Translations under genes and position numbers: made by a program | Source of the DNA: an uncultured bacterium | Lineage (GTDB): Bacteria > Patescibacteriota > Minisyncoccia > Phycocordibacterales > GWA1-40-21 | NCBI GenBank assembly: GCA_963798465.1 | Contig: CAWCTC010000001.1 | Span: 4,315 to 68,314 of the forward strand | Direction: 5' to 3' | Length of the DNA: 64,000 nucleotides | Shown here: positions 36,154 to 47,599 of the stretch, in pieces | Layout: each line of letters starts with the position of its first letter | Numbering within the stretch: the stretch's first letter is position 1 | The notes under the pieces: generated by a model | Told to the model about the DNA's origin: nothing | The model's database searches: none | The model's input: the letters and a program-made list of their open reading frames with translations, nothing else

Positions 36154-38423
36154 CAAGAAAAACAAATTCAAAATCAGAATATAAAAACGATGTATTAAGC
36201 AATATAAAAAATGAAACTAAACAAGGAATATTGGCTGTCACTTTTTTAGTTTTGGGGATAATTTTTATTTTAGCTTCAATCAAGACCGGAAATTCTGGAC
36301 ATGAAGTCTATTACGCGGGACCAGTCGGAAAAGGAACTTATGATTTTCTTTCCACTCTTTTTGGTATCGGATATTTTCTTATTCCGCTATTTTTTCTCAT
36401 GTTCAGCATTTCTTTTTTTAAGGCAGAAGAACGAGAATTCAATAAGTTAAAAATCTTCGGCGGAATATTATTTTTTGTCTCCGGTCTTGGAATGATTGAT
36501 CTTGTTTCAAGACAATATTGGACTGCGCAAGGAGGCAAATTTGGCTGGCTCATTTCCACTCCTCTTTCAAGCATGTTCGGCTTCTATGCAAGTGTAATTA
36601 TTTTATTCGCACTTCTTATAATTTCTTGTCTCATTTTATTTGAAACGAGAATTACAGTTGAGTCACTTTTATTCTGGAGAAAAGAAAAAGAAACGAGGAC
36701 GAAGACGAAGATGAGGATATAAAGGTAATTGCCGAAAATTGAAGAGGAGGAAAAAAAGAGAAAGAAATTGAAAAAGAAGAAAAGAAAAGAAAAAGAAACA
36801 ACAAAAGGAGCGTTCATAAAAAAGAATGAGGAAGAGGAATCGGGAATAAAATTTAATCCGAAAATGGTGGGAAATACAAAATATGTTCCTCCCCCACTTT
36901 CTCTGCTTGAAGATGATAAAGGAAGAATGGTTTCCGGTGATATAAAAGCAAATGCAAATATTATAAAAAGAACTTTGCAAAATTTCGGCATTGATGTCGA
37001 AATGGATGAAGTTTCAATCGGACCATCAGTCACAAGATATGCACTCAAGCCAGCCGAGGGAGTGAAAATTTCAGAATTATCGGATTGCAAAATGATCTTT
37101 CACTTGCTCTTGCCGCGCACCCTCTCAGAATTGAAGCTCCGATTCCCGGCAAATCGCTTGTCGGAATAGAAATACCGAACTCCGTAAAATCAACAGTCGG
37201 TCTTGCTGCACTTATTGGTTCCGAAGAATTCCAAAAATCGGACAAGCCGCTTCTTGATAACACTTGGAAAAGGAATTTCCGGAAAATCACATTATGCAAA
37301 CTTGGCAAAAATGCCGCACGTTCTTGTTGCGGGAGCAACTGGTTCAGGAAAATCTGTGACAATTCACGCAATCATCACTTCCCTTCTTTATCGAAATTCG
37401 CCGGAAAATTTGAAATTTATAATGGTTGATCCAAAAAGAGTCGAGCTTACTCTATACAACAAAATTCCCCACCTCCTCACTCCGGTCATCACCGATGCAA
37501 AGAAAACTATTCTTGCTTTGAAATGGGCAACAAAAGAAATGGATCGCAGATATGATGTACTTGAATCCATGCGGTAAAAGATATAGATTCATATCACAAA
37601 AATATTTTTGCTCCAGCACTCAAGAAAAATTGAGGAACTGAAGAAAAAAGGAACTTATAATCCGGAAAAAAATGTTGTGCCGGAACCGATGCCATTATAT
37701 TGTCATAATAATAGACGAGCTCGCCGATATTATGATGGCTTATCCGCGAGAGCTTGAAGCCGGAATCGTTCGTCTTGGCTCAAATGAGCCGAGCTGTCGG
37801 TATCCACTTATACTTTCCACCCAAAGACCTTCCGTGAATGTCATTACCGGTATCATCAAAGGCAAATATTCCAGCAAGAATCGCCTTCAGGTGGTCTCCC
37901 AGATAGATTCAAGAACAATTTTGGATACCACAGGCGCGGAAAAACTTCTCGGTGCTGGAGATATGCTTTATATCGGCGGAGAAATGTCAAAGCCCGTGAG
38001 AATCCAGTCTGCATTCGTTTCTGAAAAAGAAGTTAAAGATGTTGTGAAATATTTGGTTGATTCATACAAGAGATGAGCTTATCGGCGGAGAAATTGATTT
38101 AGCAGAAGTCGCAAAAGGCGGAGATGAAAGCGGAGGCGTCGGAGTATTCAATAGTCTTGAAGATGACGATGGGATGAATTGTACGAGCAAGCAAAAGAAG
38201 AAGTTTTAAAAGCTGGAAAAGCATCAACTTCATATATACAGAGAAAACTTCGAGTCGGATATGCGCGAGCGGCAAGACTTGATTGATTTATTGGAACAGA
38301 AGAGGCGTTATAGGTCCTGGCGACGGTGCAAAAGCGAGAGAAGTCATCGGAAGTGGAGAAAATATTGAAAAATCTAAGATGCAGAAGAAGTGGATGAAAA
38401 TGCACAAAGAAGATCAGATATAG
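36117..38423 (+). CDS. ftsK: DNA translocase FtsK (multiple frame changes / in-frame stops)
   Basis: N-terminal TM domain (36117-36722). Then ...[10 protein letters not shown]...[61 protein letters not shown], Walker [40 protein letters not shown]. The gamma domain reads [26 protein letters not shown]. Read across at least 5 frames or fragments. Confidence 0.85.
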
Positions 38424-38479
38424 ATGAAATACAGCTTTAGAATCCTGATAGTCGAGATCAAACCTAATAAATAATTATA

Positions 38480-38836
38480 ATGACAGACAGATACGAAACA
38501 AGAAAATTTCTTAAAATAGTTATTATTTCTTTTGTTATTATTATGCTTACTCGGATATACCGCGTATGAAATACAGAAAGTTATTTTCGGTCCAAGAATA
38601 ACGGTATTCCTACCCCAAAAATGGTTCAACGGTATCGGATTCCTACATTGAAATAACAGGAATGGCAAAAAATATAAATAGTATATCAGCATGGATGACA
38701 GAAAATATTTATGGATGAGAAAGGAAATTTTAAAGAAGAAATACTTCTCTCCTCCGGCTACAATGCAATAACGATCAAAGCCAGCGATAAATTCGGCAGA
38801 AACACGGAAAAAATAATTGAGGTTATTTATAAATAA
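38480..38836 (+). CDS. Small secreted/membrane hypothetical protein (frame changes)
   Basis: MTDRYETRKFLKIVIISFVIIMLT... and C-terminal ...DEKGNFKEEILLSSGYNAITIKASDKFGRNTEKIIEVIYK, in different frames. Confidence 0.35.
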
Positions 38837-38883
38837 TATGATAAAATTAGAGAGAAATAATTATTAATTTTAATAAATCAAAA

Positions 38884-39979
<1,096 letters not shown>

Positions 39980-39991
39980 TATTTAAAAAAT

Positions 39992-40141
39992 ATGCAAACT
40001 TTCTATTGGGTTTTAATTATAGCTTTGGGAATCGCGATGATATACATTCCAGCATTACATATCGTCATCCCTGCTATATCTTTGGGAGTGGTAGTTTTTG
40101 TTTTGGGAATATTCGGGTTGGCAAAAAGCATATTTCATTAA
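39992..40141 (+). CDS. Small membrane protein (49 aa), hypothetical
   Basis: MQTFYWVLIIALGIAMIYIPALHIVIPAISLGVVVFVLGIFGLAKSIFH, two TM helices. Below the track cutoff. Confidence 0.35.
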   Translation: MQTFYWVLIIALGIAMIYIPALHIVIPAISLGVVVFVLGIFGLAKSIFH

Positions 40142-40159
40142 TTAAAAATTATTATAAAA

Positions 40160-40182
40160 GGGCGGCACCTTCGGTGCCGCCC
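40160..40182. terminator. Bidirectional terminator (GGGCGGCACCTTCGGTGCCGCCC family)
   Basis: Identical 23-nt hairpin at 53972-53994. Near-identical at 5138-5160. Confidence 0.8.
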
Positions 40183-40197
40183 TTTTATAATTTATAT

Positions 40198-40770
40198 TTA
40201 TTTATTCGCTCTGCCTATATAATCCCCTGTCTCCGTATTTATAGTTATTGTTTCTCCTTCAGTAATAAAAAGCGGACCATTTATGACTGCACCTGTTTCA
40301 AGCGTGATTTGTTTCTGTCCTCCGCTTGATGTATCGCCTTTTACCGCTGGTGGAGCTTCGGTGACTTTCAAATCTACTTTAATTGGAAGTTTTACTCCAA
40401 TAACTTTATCATCAAAAATCATCGTCTCAACAAGAGAATTTGTCTTCATAAATTTTGCGGGATTGCCGATCATCTCTTCTTCCAACTTGAATCTATTTGA
40501 TGGATCCTTTGGATCGCAAAACCAAAATTCGCCTTTGCTCTTGTAAAGAAATTTTGCATCTTTATATTCAATCTCAGCTTCCTCTATTTTTTCAGACTGA
40601 TGAAAAGAAACTTCGGTGATTTTTCCCGTTATCAAATTTTTAAGTTTCGTAGCATTTACCGGCTTTCTCATCTGTTTTCTGAAAACGTGAGAATGCAAAA
40701 CTTCATAAGGCTGTCCTTCATAAAGAATGATTTTTCTTTCAACTGCTTCACTGTATTCCAATATTGCCAT
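40198..40770 (-). CDS. efp: Elongation factor P
   Basis: 190 aa. ...YEGQPYEVLHSHVFRKQMRKPVNATKLKNLITGK..., ...VTEAPPAVKGDTSSGGQKQITLETGAVINGPLFI. Confidence 0.92.
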   Translation of the reverse strand: MAILEYSEAVERKIILYEGQPYEVLHSHVFRKQMRKPVNATKLKNLITGKITEVSFHQSEKIEEAEIEYKDAKFLYKSKGEFWFCDPKDPSNRFKLEEEMIGNPAKFMKTNSLVETMIFDDKVIGVKLPIKVDLKVTEAPPAVKGDTSSGGQKQITLETGAVINGPLFITEGETITINTETGDYIGRANK

Positions 40771-40787
40771 GAAATGAAAAAATTAGT

Positions 40788-40988
40788 TTATCTTGCTACA
40801 AAAGGCAAAAGCGCCATATATCTTGCTCTCTTTATGGCTTCTGCGAGCTGTCTTTGACTTCTAGCTTTGACTGAAGTCTTCTTCTTGCCTTGAATTCTTG
40901 CATGAGGATTGATGAACTTCTTCAAAAGCTCAACATCCTTGTAGTCCACGTATTTTATATTATTTTGTGAAAAAAAACATTGTTTCAT
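40788..40988 (-). CDS. rpsR: 30S ribosomal protein S18
   Basis: ...IKYVDYKDVELLKKFINPHARIQGKKKTSVKARSQRQLAEAIKRARYMALLPF. Confidence 0.9.
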   Translation of the reverse strand: MKQCFFSQNNIKYVDYKDVELLKKFINPHARIQGKKKTSVKARSQRQLAEAIKRARYMALLPFVAR

Positions 40989-41119
40989 CCTAATTGTAAA
41001 TTTTAATATTTGTAATTTATTTCGACTTATTGTTTATGTTTATATAATTTTTCTGACTCTTAATATTTGTATCTGCTGAATTTCCAACAGGACAAGTATT
41101 CTTATAATTTAATTTTTAT

Positions 41120-41581
41120 TTAAAATGGTATATCTTCTGGATTAATTTCTTCTGTCGGATATTCTATCGTATCCATCTGTGCTGCTTTTCCTTTTGTTGC
41201 CGGTGCTTCTTCGTGGCTCTTCGGTGCGCCTCCTTCGCTACTTCTCCCGCCTGAACTTGGTCCAAATTGGAAATTATCAACTATTATTTCTGTTCTGTAT
41301 TTTTTTGTGCCGTCATTCTTATCATCCCAGCTTCTTGTTTCAATTCTTCCTTCGACAAATGCGCTGCTTCCCTTTTTCAAATATTGAGCCATGACTTCTG
41401 CTGTTTTTCCAAAGGCTACAATGTTGTGAAAACTTGTGCTTTCTTGTTTTACTCCGTTTTTATCTTTCCATGTTCTGTTTGTCGCAAGTCCAAATGAAAC
41501 AACTTTAATACCGGAAGGAAGAGATTTCAATTCTGGGTCTCTTGTTAAGTTTCCAAATAAAAATGCTTTGTTTAAATACAT
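41120..41581 (-). CDS. ssb: Single-stranded DNA-binding protein
   Basis: MYLNKAFLFGNLTRDPELKSLPSGIKVVSFGLATNRTWKDKNG...; acidic tail ...EEINPEDIPF. Confidence 0.9.
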   Translation of the reverse strand: MYLNKAFLFGNLTRDPELKSLPSGIKVVSFGLATNRTWKDKNGVKQESTSFHNIVAFGKTAEVMAQYLKKGSSAFVEGRIETRSWDDKNDGTKKYRTEIIVDNFQFGPSSGGRSSEGGAPKSHEEAPATKGKAAQMDTIEYPTEEINPEDIPF

Positions 41582-41590
41582 AGTTAAATT

Positions 41591-42097
41591 TTATATTACT
41601 TCCTCTGCAACAAGTGCGTCGATTGATTTGTCGATTTCTTCTACTGAAGCCGGCTTTATATCTATTTCTGCTTTTTCAACTTTGAAAGTTTTTATTTTTG
41701 CGTCCTTGTCTGAAAATACTGTTATCTTTGGAGAATACATCGTATTTTCCTTTACTGTTTTTATTACTATATATCTCAAAACCGATTCATTATTTTTCAT
41801 AGCTGAATCTATTGTTCTGACATCTGCATCTTCACCGAGGGTAAATTTTATAAAACCAAAATATGCTTTATCAAATGTTTTATATGAACCGCCGAAAGCC
41901 TTTTTTATTGAATATGCTAAAGGTCTGAGCTTTGGAGCTTCCTCTGAAATGATAACTGCCTTTTCTTTGGCTAAATATGATTTGATTTTTTCAACTTCAG
42001 CCGGAATATTCTCTTCCGCAACGGAAGAAACGATGTGATATCCGACTTCGTATATCTTTTCCCCGCTGATTTTTGCAACTTTTTCCTTTTTACTCAT
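41591..42097 (-). CDS. rpsF: 30S ribosomal protein S6 (long C-terminal extension)
   Basis: ...KIYEVGYHIVSSVAEENIPAEVEKIKSYL...LRPLAYSIKK...VLRYIVIK. Sits in the rpsF-ssb-rpsR order. Confidence 0.85.
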   Translation of the reverse strand: MSKKEKVAKISGEKIYEVGYHIVSSVAEENIPAEVEKIKSYLAKEKAVIISEEAPKLRPLAYSIKKAFGGSYKTFDKAYFGFIKFTLGEDADVRTIDSAMKNNESVLRYIVIKTVKENTMYSPKITVFSDKDAKIKTFKVEKAEIDIKPASVEEIDKSIDALVAEEVI

Positions 42098-42149
42098 ACG
42101 CGAAATCCTATCATAATACTAGCCTTATTGCAACAAAAATCGCCAAAAT

Positions 42150-43418
42150 TTAAAAATGCAGGATATCTTTGAATTCCTTGTCATCTTTGAACTTCCCAAC
42201 TATAGCCAAATTCAGGCCTTCATCTTTGAATATTCTTTCCGCGACGAATTTTATTTCTTCCGCAGTGACGGCTTTTATTTCTTTTATGATGTCTTCAGGC
42301 TTTTTGATATCTTTTCTCAAAACTTCCTGCCCGCCGTAATACATAGCCAAGGAATCAGATGACTCCAATCCTAAATTTAAATTCCCAATTAAATATTGTT
42401 TTACTTTATCCAACTCGTCTGATTTAACTAAGGTTGTTTTAAATTTATTCAATTCATAAAGAATTGCTGTGATGGCTTCTTTTACTCTTTTACTATCCAC
42501 ACCTGCAGAGACTGCGAAGAATCCATGATCAGTAAAAGTATCGTCATCTGAACCAATGTAATAACAAATTCCTAATTCATCTCTCATTTTTTGAAATAAT
42601 CTGGAACTCATACCTCCAGACAATACTCCGTTCATAATCCGTATGATTGAATTATATTTATTATAGGTATTGAAAGTTCTGACCCCTAAAATTATATGCG
42701 TTTGATCCGGAAATTTATTTGATAATGCTACTTGTGGTGTTTTTTGATTTTCAACTACTTTTTCTTTACCATCTTTTTTCCAAGTCCCGATATCTTTAAA
42801 GGAATTAATTATTTTTTTAGTTGCTTCTTTTTCATCAATCCTACCGGCAACAATAATCGTTGTAGCACTTGCAACATAGTGTCGGCTTCGATAATCAATG
42901 AGATCTGTTCTATTTATTTTCTGGACGTTTTCTTTTGTGCCAGCAATATTTCGACCAGCAGGCTGATCTCCATACAAAAGTTTATAAAATTCTTCAACAA
43001 CAATCCTCTGCGGCAAATCCTGATACATATTTATTTCCTCAATTATCACTCCTTTTTCTTTTTCTATTTCTTTCTCAGGGAAAATAGGATTTAAATATAA
43101 ATCAGAAACGACATCTAAAATTTTATCGAAACTTTTGTGCTCGGCTTTTGCATAATATCCCGTATATTCCAAACTAGTAAATGCATTATACTGCGAACCT
43201 ATATTGTCTAATTCCTTAGTAATATCAAAAGCTGAAGGCCTCTTTGCTGTGCCTTTGAAGCACACGTGTTCAAGAAAGTGAGAGATACCGCTATTATTTT
43301 TATTTTCATATTCTGAACCAGTTTCTACAAGGACTAAAACAGTCACAGTTGGATTATCTTTCATTGGAACCGTGATAATTCTCATTCCGTTCTTTAATTT
43401 CTTTTTAGTGTAATTCAT
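42150..43418 (-). CDS. M16 family zinc peptidase (pitrilysin-like)
   Basis: 422 aa. Inverted zinc motif GISHFLEHVCFKGT (HxxEH) and a downstream EYTGYY/E region. Confidence 0.85.
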   Translation of the reverse strand: MNYTKKKLKNGMRIITVPMKDNPTVTVLVLVETGSEYENKNNSGISHFLEHVCFKGTAKRPSAFDITKELDNIGSQYNAFTSLEYTGYYAKAEHKSFDKILDVVSDLYLNPIFPEKEIEKEKGVIIEEINMYQDLPQRIVVEEFYKLLYGDQPAGRNIAGTKENVQKINRTDLIDYRSRHYVASATTIIVAGRIDEKEATKKIINSFKDIGTWKKDGKEKVVENQKTPQVALSNKFPDQTHIILGVRTFNTYNKYNSIIRIMNGVLSGGMSSRLFQKMRDELGICYYIGSDDDTFTDHGFFAVSAGVDSKRVKEAITAILYELNKFKTTLVKSDELDKVKQYLIGNLNLGLESSDSLAMYYGGQEVLRKDIKKPEDIIKEIKAVTAEEIKFVAERIFKDEGLNLAIVGKFKDDKEFKDILHF

Positions 43419-43458
43419 GAAGCAATTTTATCATAAAATGAAGTCTAATAAAATCAAA

Positions 43459-43483
43459 AGAGCGGCGCCTACGGCGCCGCTCT
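43459..43483. terminator. Bidirectional terminator
   Basis: AGAGCGGCGCCTACGGCGCCGCTCT with A/T flanks. Confidence 0.75.
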
Positions 43484-43490
43484 TTTGATT

Positions 43491-44915
43491 TTATTGAAGC
43501 GCTTTTTTAAAAAATTCGAATAAATCTTCAATTTTTATTCTATCTTGTGTTCCCGTATCTCTGTCTCTTACCGTGACCATATTGTCTTTTTCAATTGTTT
43601 CAAAATCTACAGTGACACAATAAGGAGTTCCGATTTCATCTTGTCTTCTGTATCTCTTGCCGATGTTTCCATTGTCATCAAACTCACACATGAAATCTTT
43701 TTTCAAAGATTCATATATTTCTTTTGCTTTTTCTACAAGAATCGGCTTATTTTTAAGAAGAGGAAACACTGCAATTTTGATCGGTGCCAATTTTTTCGGC
43801 AATTTCAAAAAAATTCTTTTTTCTCCGCCGAGATTGTCTTCTGTATATCCATAATCTAAAAACATGAGCATAAGTCTTCCGAGTCCAGCTGAGGTTTCAA
43901 CAATATGCGGAATATATCTTTCCTTTGTCTCTTCGTCATAATAACTCAAATCAACTCCGGAAAATTTTGAATGTTGGGACAAATCCCAATCACCTCTCGC
44001 ATGAATACCTTCAACTTCTTCAAAATCTCCAAAACAGGCAAAGTCATATTTAATATCATAAGCATCCGAAGCATAATGAGCTAATTTTTCATGCTTGTAC
44101 CAGGTAAGTTTTTCTTTTGGAATTTCATTTTCAAGATACCATTTCATTCTTACCTCTTTCCACATATCATATTTTTCTTTTGTATCTTTCTTGTGTATAA
44201 AATATTGCATTTCCATTTGTTCAAATTCTCTTGTTCGAAAAATAAATTGTCTTGCCGCAATTTCATTTCTAAAAGCCTTTCCAATCTGTGCAATACCAAA
44301 AGGTATTTTTGGATGCAGTGAATCCAATGTGTTTTTGTAATCCAAATATATTCCCCCGCAAGTTTCCGGTCTCAAATAAACAACATTTTCTTCACTCAAA
44401 GCTTCGGTTGGCGAACCGAAATTTGATTTTATCATCAGAGAAAACTTTTTTGCAGGAGTGATATCCGTTTCTCCACAATTTGTACATTTTAATTTTTTCT
44501 CTGCTCTAAGTTTGTCTAATTCTTTATTTATAAAATCGATCGGCATTTTATCTGCAGAAATTCCAAATCCTTCAAGAATTTGATCTGCTCGCATTCTGTT
44601 GTGACACTTCCTGCATTCAATGAGCGGATCGTCAAAATTTCCAACATGTCCAGAAGCAACCCATGTCGTTGGGTGCATAAAAATTGCACTGTCCAAAAGT
44701 AAGATATCTTCTCTGTCTTGAATCATGCTTTTCTGCCAAGAATCCCTTATATTATTTTTTAAAAGAGTCCCGTAGTGTCCATAATCATAAACTCCACCAA
44801 GTCCTCCGTATATTTCAGAACCTTGAAATACAAAACCTCTTCTTTTACAAAGTGATATCAGTTCCTCCATTCTTTGATTTTTTTCTGCCTTAGCAGGAAT
44901 ATCTTTTTTACTCAT
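43491..44915 (-). CDS. glyQS: Glycine--tRNA ligase (alpha2 homodimeric type)
   Basis: 474 aa. ...RRGFVFQGSEIYGGLGGVYDYGHYGTLLKNNI..., FRNEIAARQFIFRTREFEQMEMQYF, GLGRLMLMFL, anticodon-binding C-terminus. Confidence 0.92.
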   Translation of the reverse strand: MSKKDIPAKAEKNQRMEELISLCKRRGFVFQGSEIYGGLGGVYDYGHYGTLLKNNIRDSWQKSMIQDREDILLLDSAIFMHPTTWVASGHVGNFDDPLIECRKCHNRMRADQILEGFGISADKMPIDFINKELDKLRAEKKLKCTNCGETDITPAKKFSLMIKSNFGSPTEALSEENVVYLRPETCGGIYLDYKNTLDSLHPKIPFGIAQIGKAFRNEIAARQFIFRTREFEQMEMQYFIHKKDTKEKYDMWKEVRMKWYLENEIPKEKLTWYKHEKLAHYASDAYDIKYDFACFGDFEEVEGIHARGDWDLSQHSKFSGVDLSYYDEETKERYIPHIVETSAGLGRLMLMFLDYGYTEDNLGGEKRIFLKLPKKLAPIKIAVFPLLKNKPILVEKAKEIYESLKKDFMCEFDDNGNIGKRYRRQDEIGTPYCVTVDFETIEKDNMVTVRDRDTGTQDRIKIEDLFEFFKKALQ

Positions 44916-44954
44916 GTTATCTAATCTACTTTAAAATTAATTTTTTTGCTAGTC

Positions 44955-46898
44955 CTAGTTTGACTGTGGCACGACTTTTCCTATATCGTCTACATATGCC
45001 GGATCCGAAGTGATATTCGTAGTTATAATATCTTTGTTTTCTCCTACTACAGCTCCAGTAAAAACATCTGTTCCTCTTATAGTCGATTCATTAAGTAAAT
45101 TTAATTCTTGTCCAACTTGCGTAATACTAGGAGTAACTGCAACTTGGAAAGATACTTGTCTGGGAGAAGAATTCAGACCAACTCCGGATTGCATGTTACC
45201 AATATTCCAAGTGACTTCTCCAGTTCCTGAATCATAAGAGATATTTTCTGTCGACGATCCGGTATTCCTTGTCCATGTTACATTCGTAGGAAGAGTTGCC
45301 GATACTACAGCTCCATTTATATTATTGAATGAATCTGATGCAGTCCATGTAATAACATAAGTGCTTTCACTATTTGCCTGAGGAGGAAATGGTCCGCTGT
45401 TTTGAATATTGTTTTCAAATAGTCCAGTAGTTTTGAATCCTCTTGCCAATAAATTCAATTCTGATGAAATTTTAACTGTCTGAGTGTCAGAGTATAGAAC
45501 TTCTTGATTATTCGAGCCGTCAGAACCAGCCAGACTTCCCAGAACGCTGATATCAAATGTTATAGTCGAGTTTCCAAATGGAATCGATGAATCAGAAGAA
45601 AATGGCAATGTGTTGAAAGTAAATTGCGTACTGCCTTGATCTGAAGGATTTACCGTTTCAAGTAAAGAATTACCGCTCTTGTCGAAAACAATTGTATTGT
45701 TTGAAGAATCATAGAAACCGCTGTCCGGAACGACAGATCCTTGATCCAAAGTCTGGCCATTAATTTTTACATTTACCGACATATCATAAACTTTTTGGGC
45801 CAGATTATTCTGCCAATCAATTTTGAAAGTATTTTTATTTCCCACCTCAACAGCAGTATTGTCTCCAGTCTGATCATTGACTGAAACAGCAACTCCAACT
45901 GAAGATTTCATTAAAGATATAGTGGAAACATACGAAGCGAAAGCTGTTTCAACAACTGTGCTGTCAGTTGGACTAGGATTTCCTACCGTAAATTTGAATA
46001 CTCTTTCTTCTCCATCCTGGCCTTGGACTACTCCGGAAACTTTTATAATTCTTTTTTCGCCCGGAGACAAATCGCCCAGATTAAAAACACTATTGTCAGA
46101 GCTAGCCGGACTTGGATCGGATGATGAAAAAGTAAAACCAAAAGGATAATCTATTTTTAAAATAAGATTTTTGACGATACTGGCTGAATTGGAATCAACT
46201 TCAATAGAAAAATCTGCCGTCTGATTGGAATTGACCTCCGTCGGACCAGATATGCTTATATTTACGGGAGAAGAACTTATGAGAATAACGAAATCTTTTT
46301 CTTTGCTGAAAACAGCATTCGAACCAGGAATCCTATATTGCACTGTGACTTTGACAGTTTCCTGTGAATTTTCCTGGCCAAAAAGAATTGCCTTCGTCAA
46401 AATTTCCTTGGATTGTCCGGCACTTATGTCTCCGAGAGTCTGTTCAAAATTTTTCAAATCCGTCGTTTGATCCGTCGCATCTTTTGTTCCATCAGGATAT
46501 TCTATATGCAAATCCACGACTTGAAGATCTGTGCTGTTATTATTTTTAACCTGAATATCGAGAGGTAAAACTTCCCCACCGGCAATTGAAGCCGGACCAC
46601 CAATCAGAATATCTATATTATTTCCAGAAACGACATTTGCTCCAAAAAAGAATTTTGAAAAAGTAAAAACCATCGCTAAAACAAAAAATATAAAAGCTCC
46701 TATCAGGATTTTTGTGTAAGGAATCTTAAAATTGCTTTCCGGCTTATCTTCTTTTATATTCCAGGCCGTCGGCTCCTGCGGAGCACTTTTTTCCTGAAGC
46801 ACATGCCTTCTTTTCACAAAAATCCCATCTGGATTTTTGGAATACAATTCTTCTTCTGCTTCTTTTATTTTATCGTCTTTATCATTCGACTCGTACAT
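44955..46898 (-). CDS. Membrane-anchored protein with repeated beta-sandwich (CARDB/DUF11-like) domains, hypothetical
   Basis: 647 aa. One TM helix (ILIGAFIFFVLAMVFTF), then Ser/Thr/Asn/Val-rich repeats. No catalytic motif recognised. Confidence 0.55.
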   Translation of the reverse strand: MYESNDKDDKIKEAEEELYSKNPDGIFVKRRHVLQEKSAPQEPTAWNIKEDKPESNFKIPYTKILIGAFIFFVLAMVFTFSKFFFGANVVSGNNIDILIGGPASIAGGEVLPLDIQVKNNNSTDLQVVDLHIEYPDGTKDATDQTTDLKNFEQTLGDISAGQSKEILTKAILFGQENSQETVKVTVQYRIPGSNAVFSKEKDFVILISSSPVNISISGPTEVNSNQTADFSIEVDSNSASIVKNLILKIDYPFGFTFSSSDPSPASSDNSVFNLGDLSPGEKRIIKVSGVVQGQDGEERVFKFTVGNPSPTDSTVVETAFASYVSTISLMKSSVGVAVSVNDQTGDNTAVEVGNKNTFKIDWQNNLAQKVYDMSVNVKINGQTLDQGSVVPDSGFYDSSNNTIVFDKSGNSLLETVNPSDQGSTQFTFNTLPFSSDSSIPFGNSTITFDISVLGSLAGSDGSNNQEVLYSDTQTVKISSELNLLARGFKTTGLFENNIQNSGPFPPQANSESTYVITWTASDSFNNINGAVVSATLPTNVTWTRNTGSSTENISYDSGTGEVTWNIGNMQSGVGLNSSPRQVSFQVAVTPSITQVGQELNLLNESTIRGTDVFTGAVVGENKDIITTNITSDPAYVDDIGKVVPQSN

Positions 46899-46936
46899 GA
46901 GAATTATTATACCACAATGTTTTTAAGCCAGGAATA

Positions 46937-47557
46937 TTATAAGTGTGTTTCATTTAAGGAATCATTTATATTGGCAACAGCCTGCTTTCTGATGCTATCG
47001 AACGAATCGAGAGTTGAAAAAGACAATTCATCATCCTTTAAAAAATCAGAAAAACTAGGAGTTATTTTCATATATCCAAGATGATATAAAATTCTCAGAA
47101 CAGTTATAGTTTCAAGATTTTTTATGTTCTCCTGCGACAATTCATTATTGGATAAAAAATTATAGAAACATTCGACGCTATAAAAAAGCTGTTCATTTTT
47201 TTCTTCTCCATGAAGAAGCCTGAGAAGTAAATTAAATACATTTTTTAATGCAATAAGCTTGTTTATATCATCCAAGAAATTGCCATGTTTTATAGTTTCA
47301 ACGCTAATAATTCGCCAAATGTCCCTGCCTTTTACCAAAGAAATCTCAATGAAGCAAAAATCCTGGAGATGTCCTTTTAATTTTGATTTATCCAAGCGAA
47401 CTCCTTGAGCGGAAGCTCTGATAAATCCCAAATCTTTCGTAAGTAAGAAATAATATTTATTAGCTTCACCAATCGGGACGCTTTTTATGATCAGAGCCTT
47501 GGTCGTATAAATATGATGCATGAGTACCAGTCTAAAGTCGAAAGAGTATAAAGTCAA
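46937..47557 (-). CDS. recO: DNA repair protein RecO (true start possibly MHHIYTT at 47521)
   Basis: ...TKALIIKSVPIGEANKYYFLLTKDLGFIRASAQGVRLDKSKLKGHLQDF... OB-fold N-terminus with a helical C-terminus of typical RecO length. Confidence 0.7.
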   Translation of the reverse strand: MTLYSFDFRLVLMHHIYTTKALIIKSVPIGEANKYYFLLTKDLGFIRASAQGVRLDKSKLKGHLQDFCFIEISLVKGRDIWRIISVETIKHGNFLDDINKLIALKNVFNLLLRLLHGEEKNEQLFYSVECFYNFLSNNELSQENIKNLETITVLRILYHLGYMKITPSFSDFLKDDELSFSTLDSFDSIRKQAVANINDSLNETHL

Positions 47558-47564
47558 AAGAAAA

Positions 47565-47589
47565 AGAGCGGCACCTTCGGTGTCGCTCT
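47565..47589. terminator. Bidirectional terminator
   Basis: AGAGCGGCACCTTCGGTGTCGCTCT. Confidence 0.7.
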
Positions 47590-47599
47590 TTTTCTTCGC

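Noticed and set aside
36584-37090. Minus-strand ORFs 36584-37090 and 36669-36980 opposite ftsK
   Set aside because: They are low-complexity Phe/Ser-rich translations of the complement of the Lys/Glu-rich FtsK linker, so they are artefacts.
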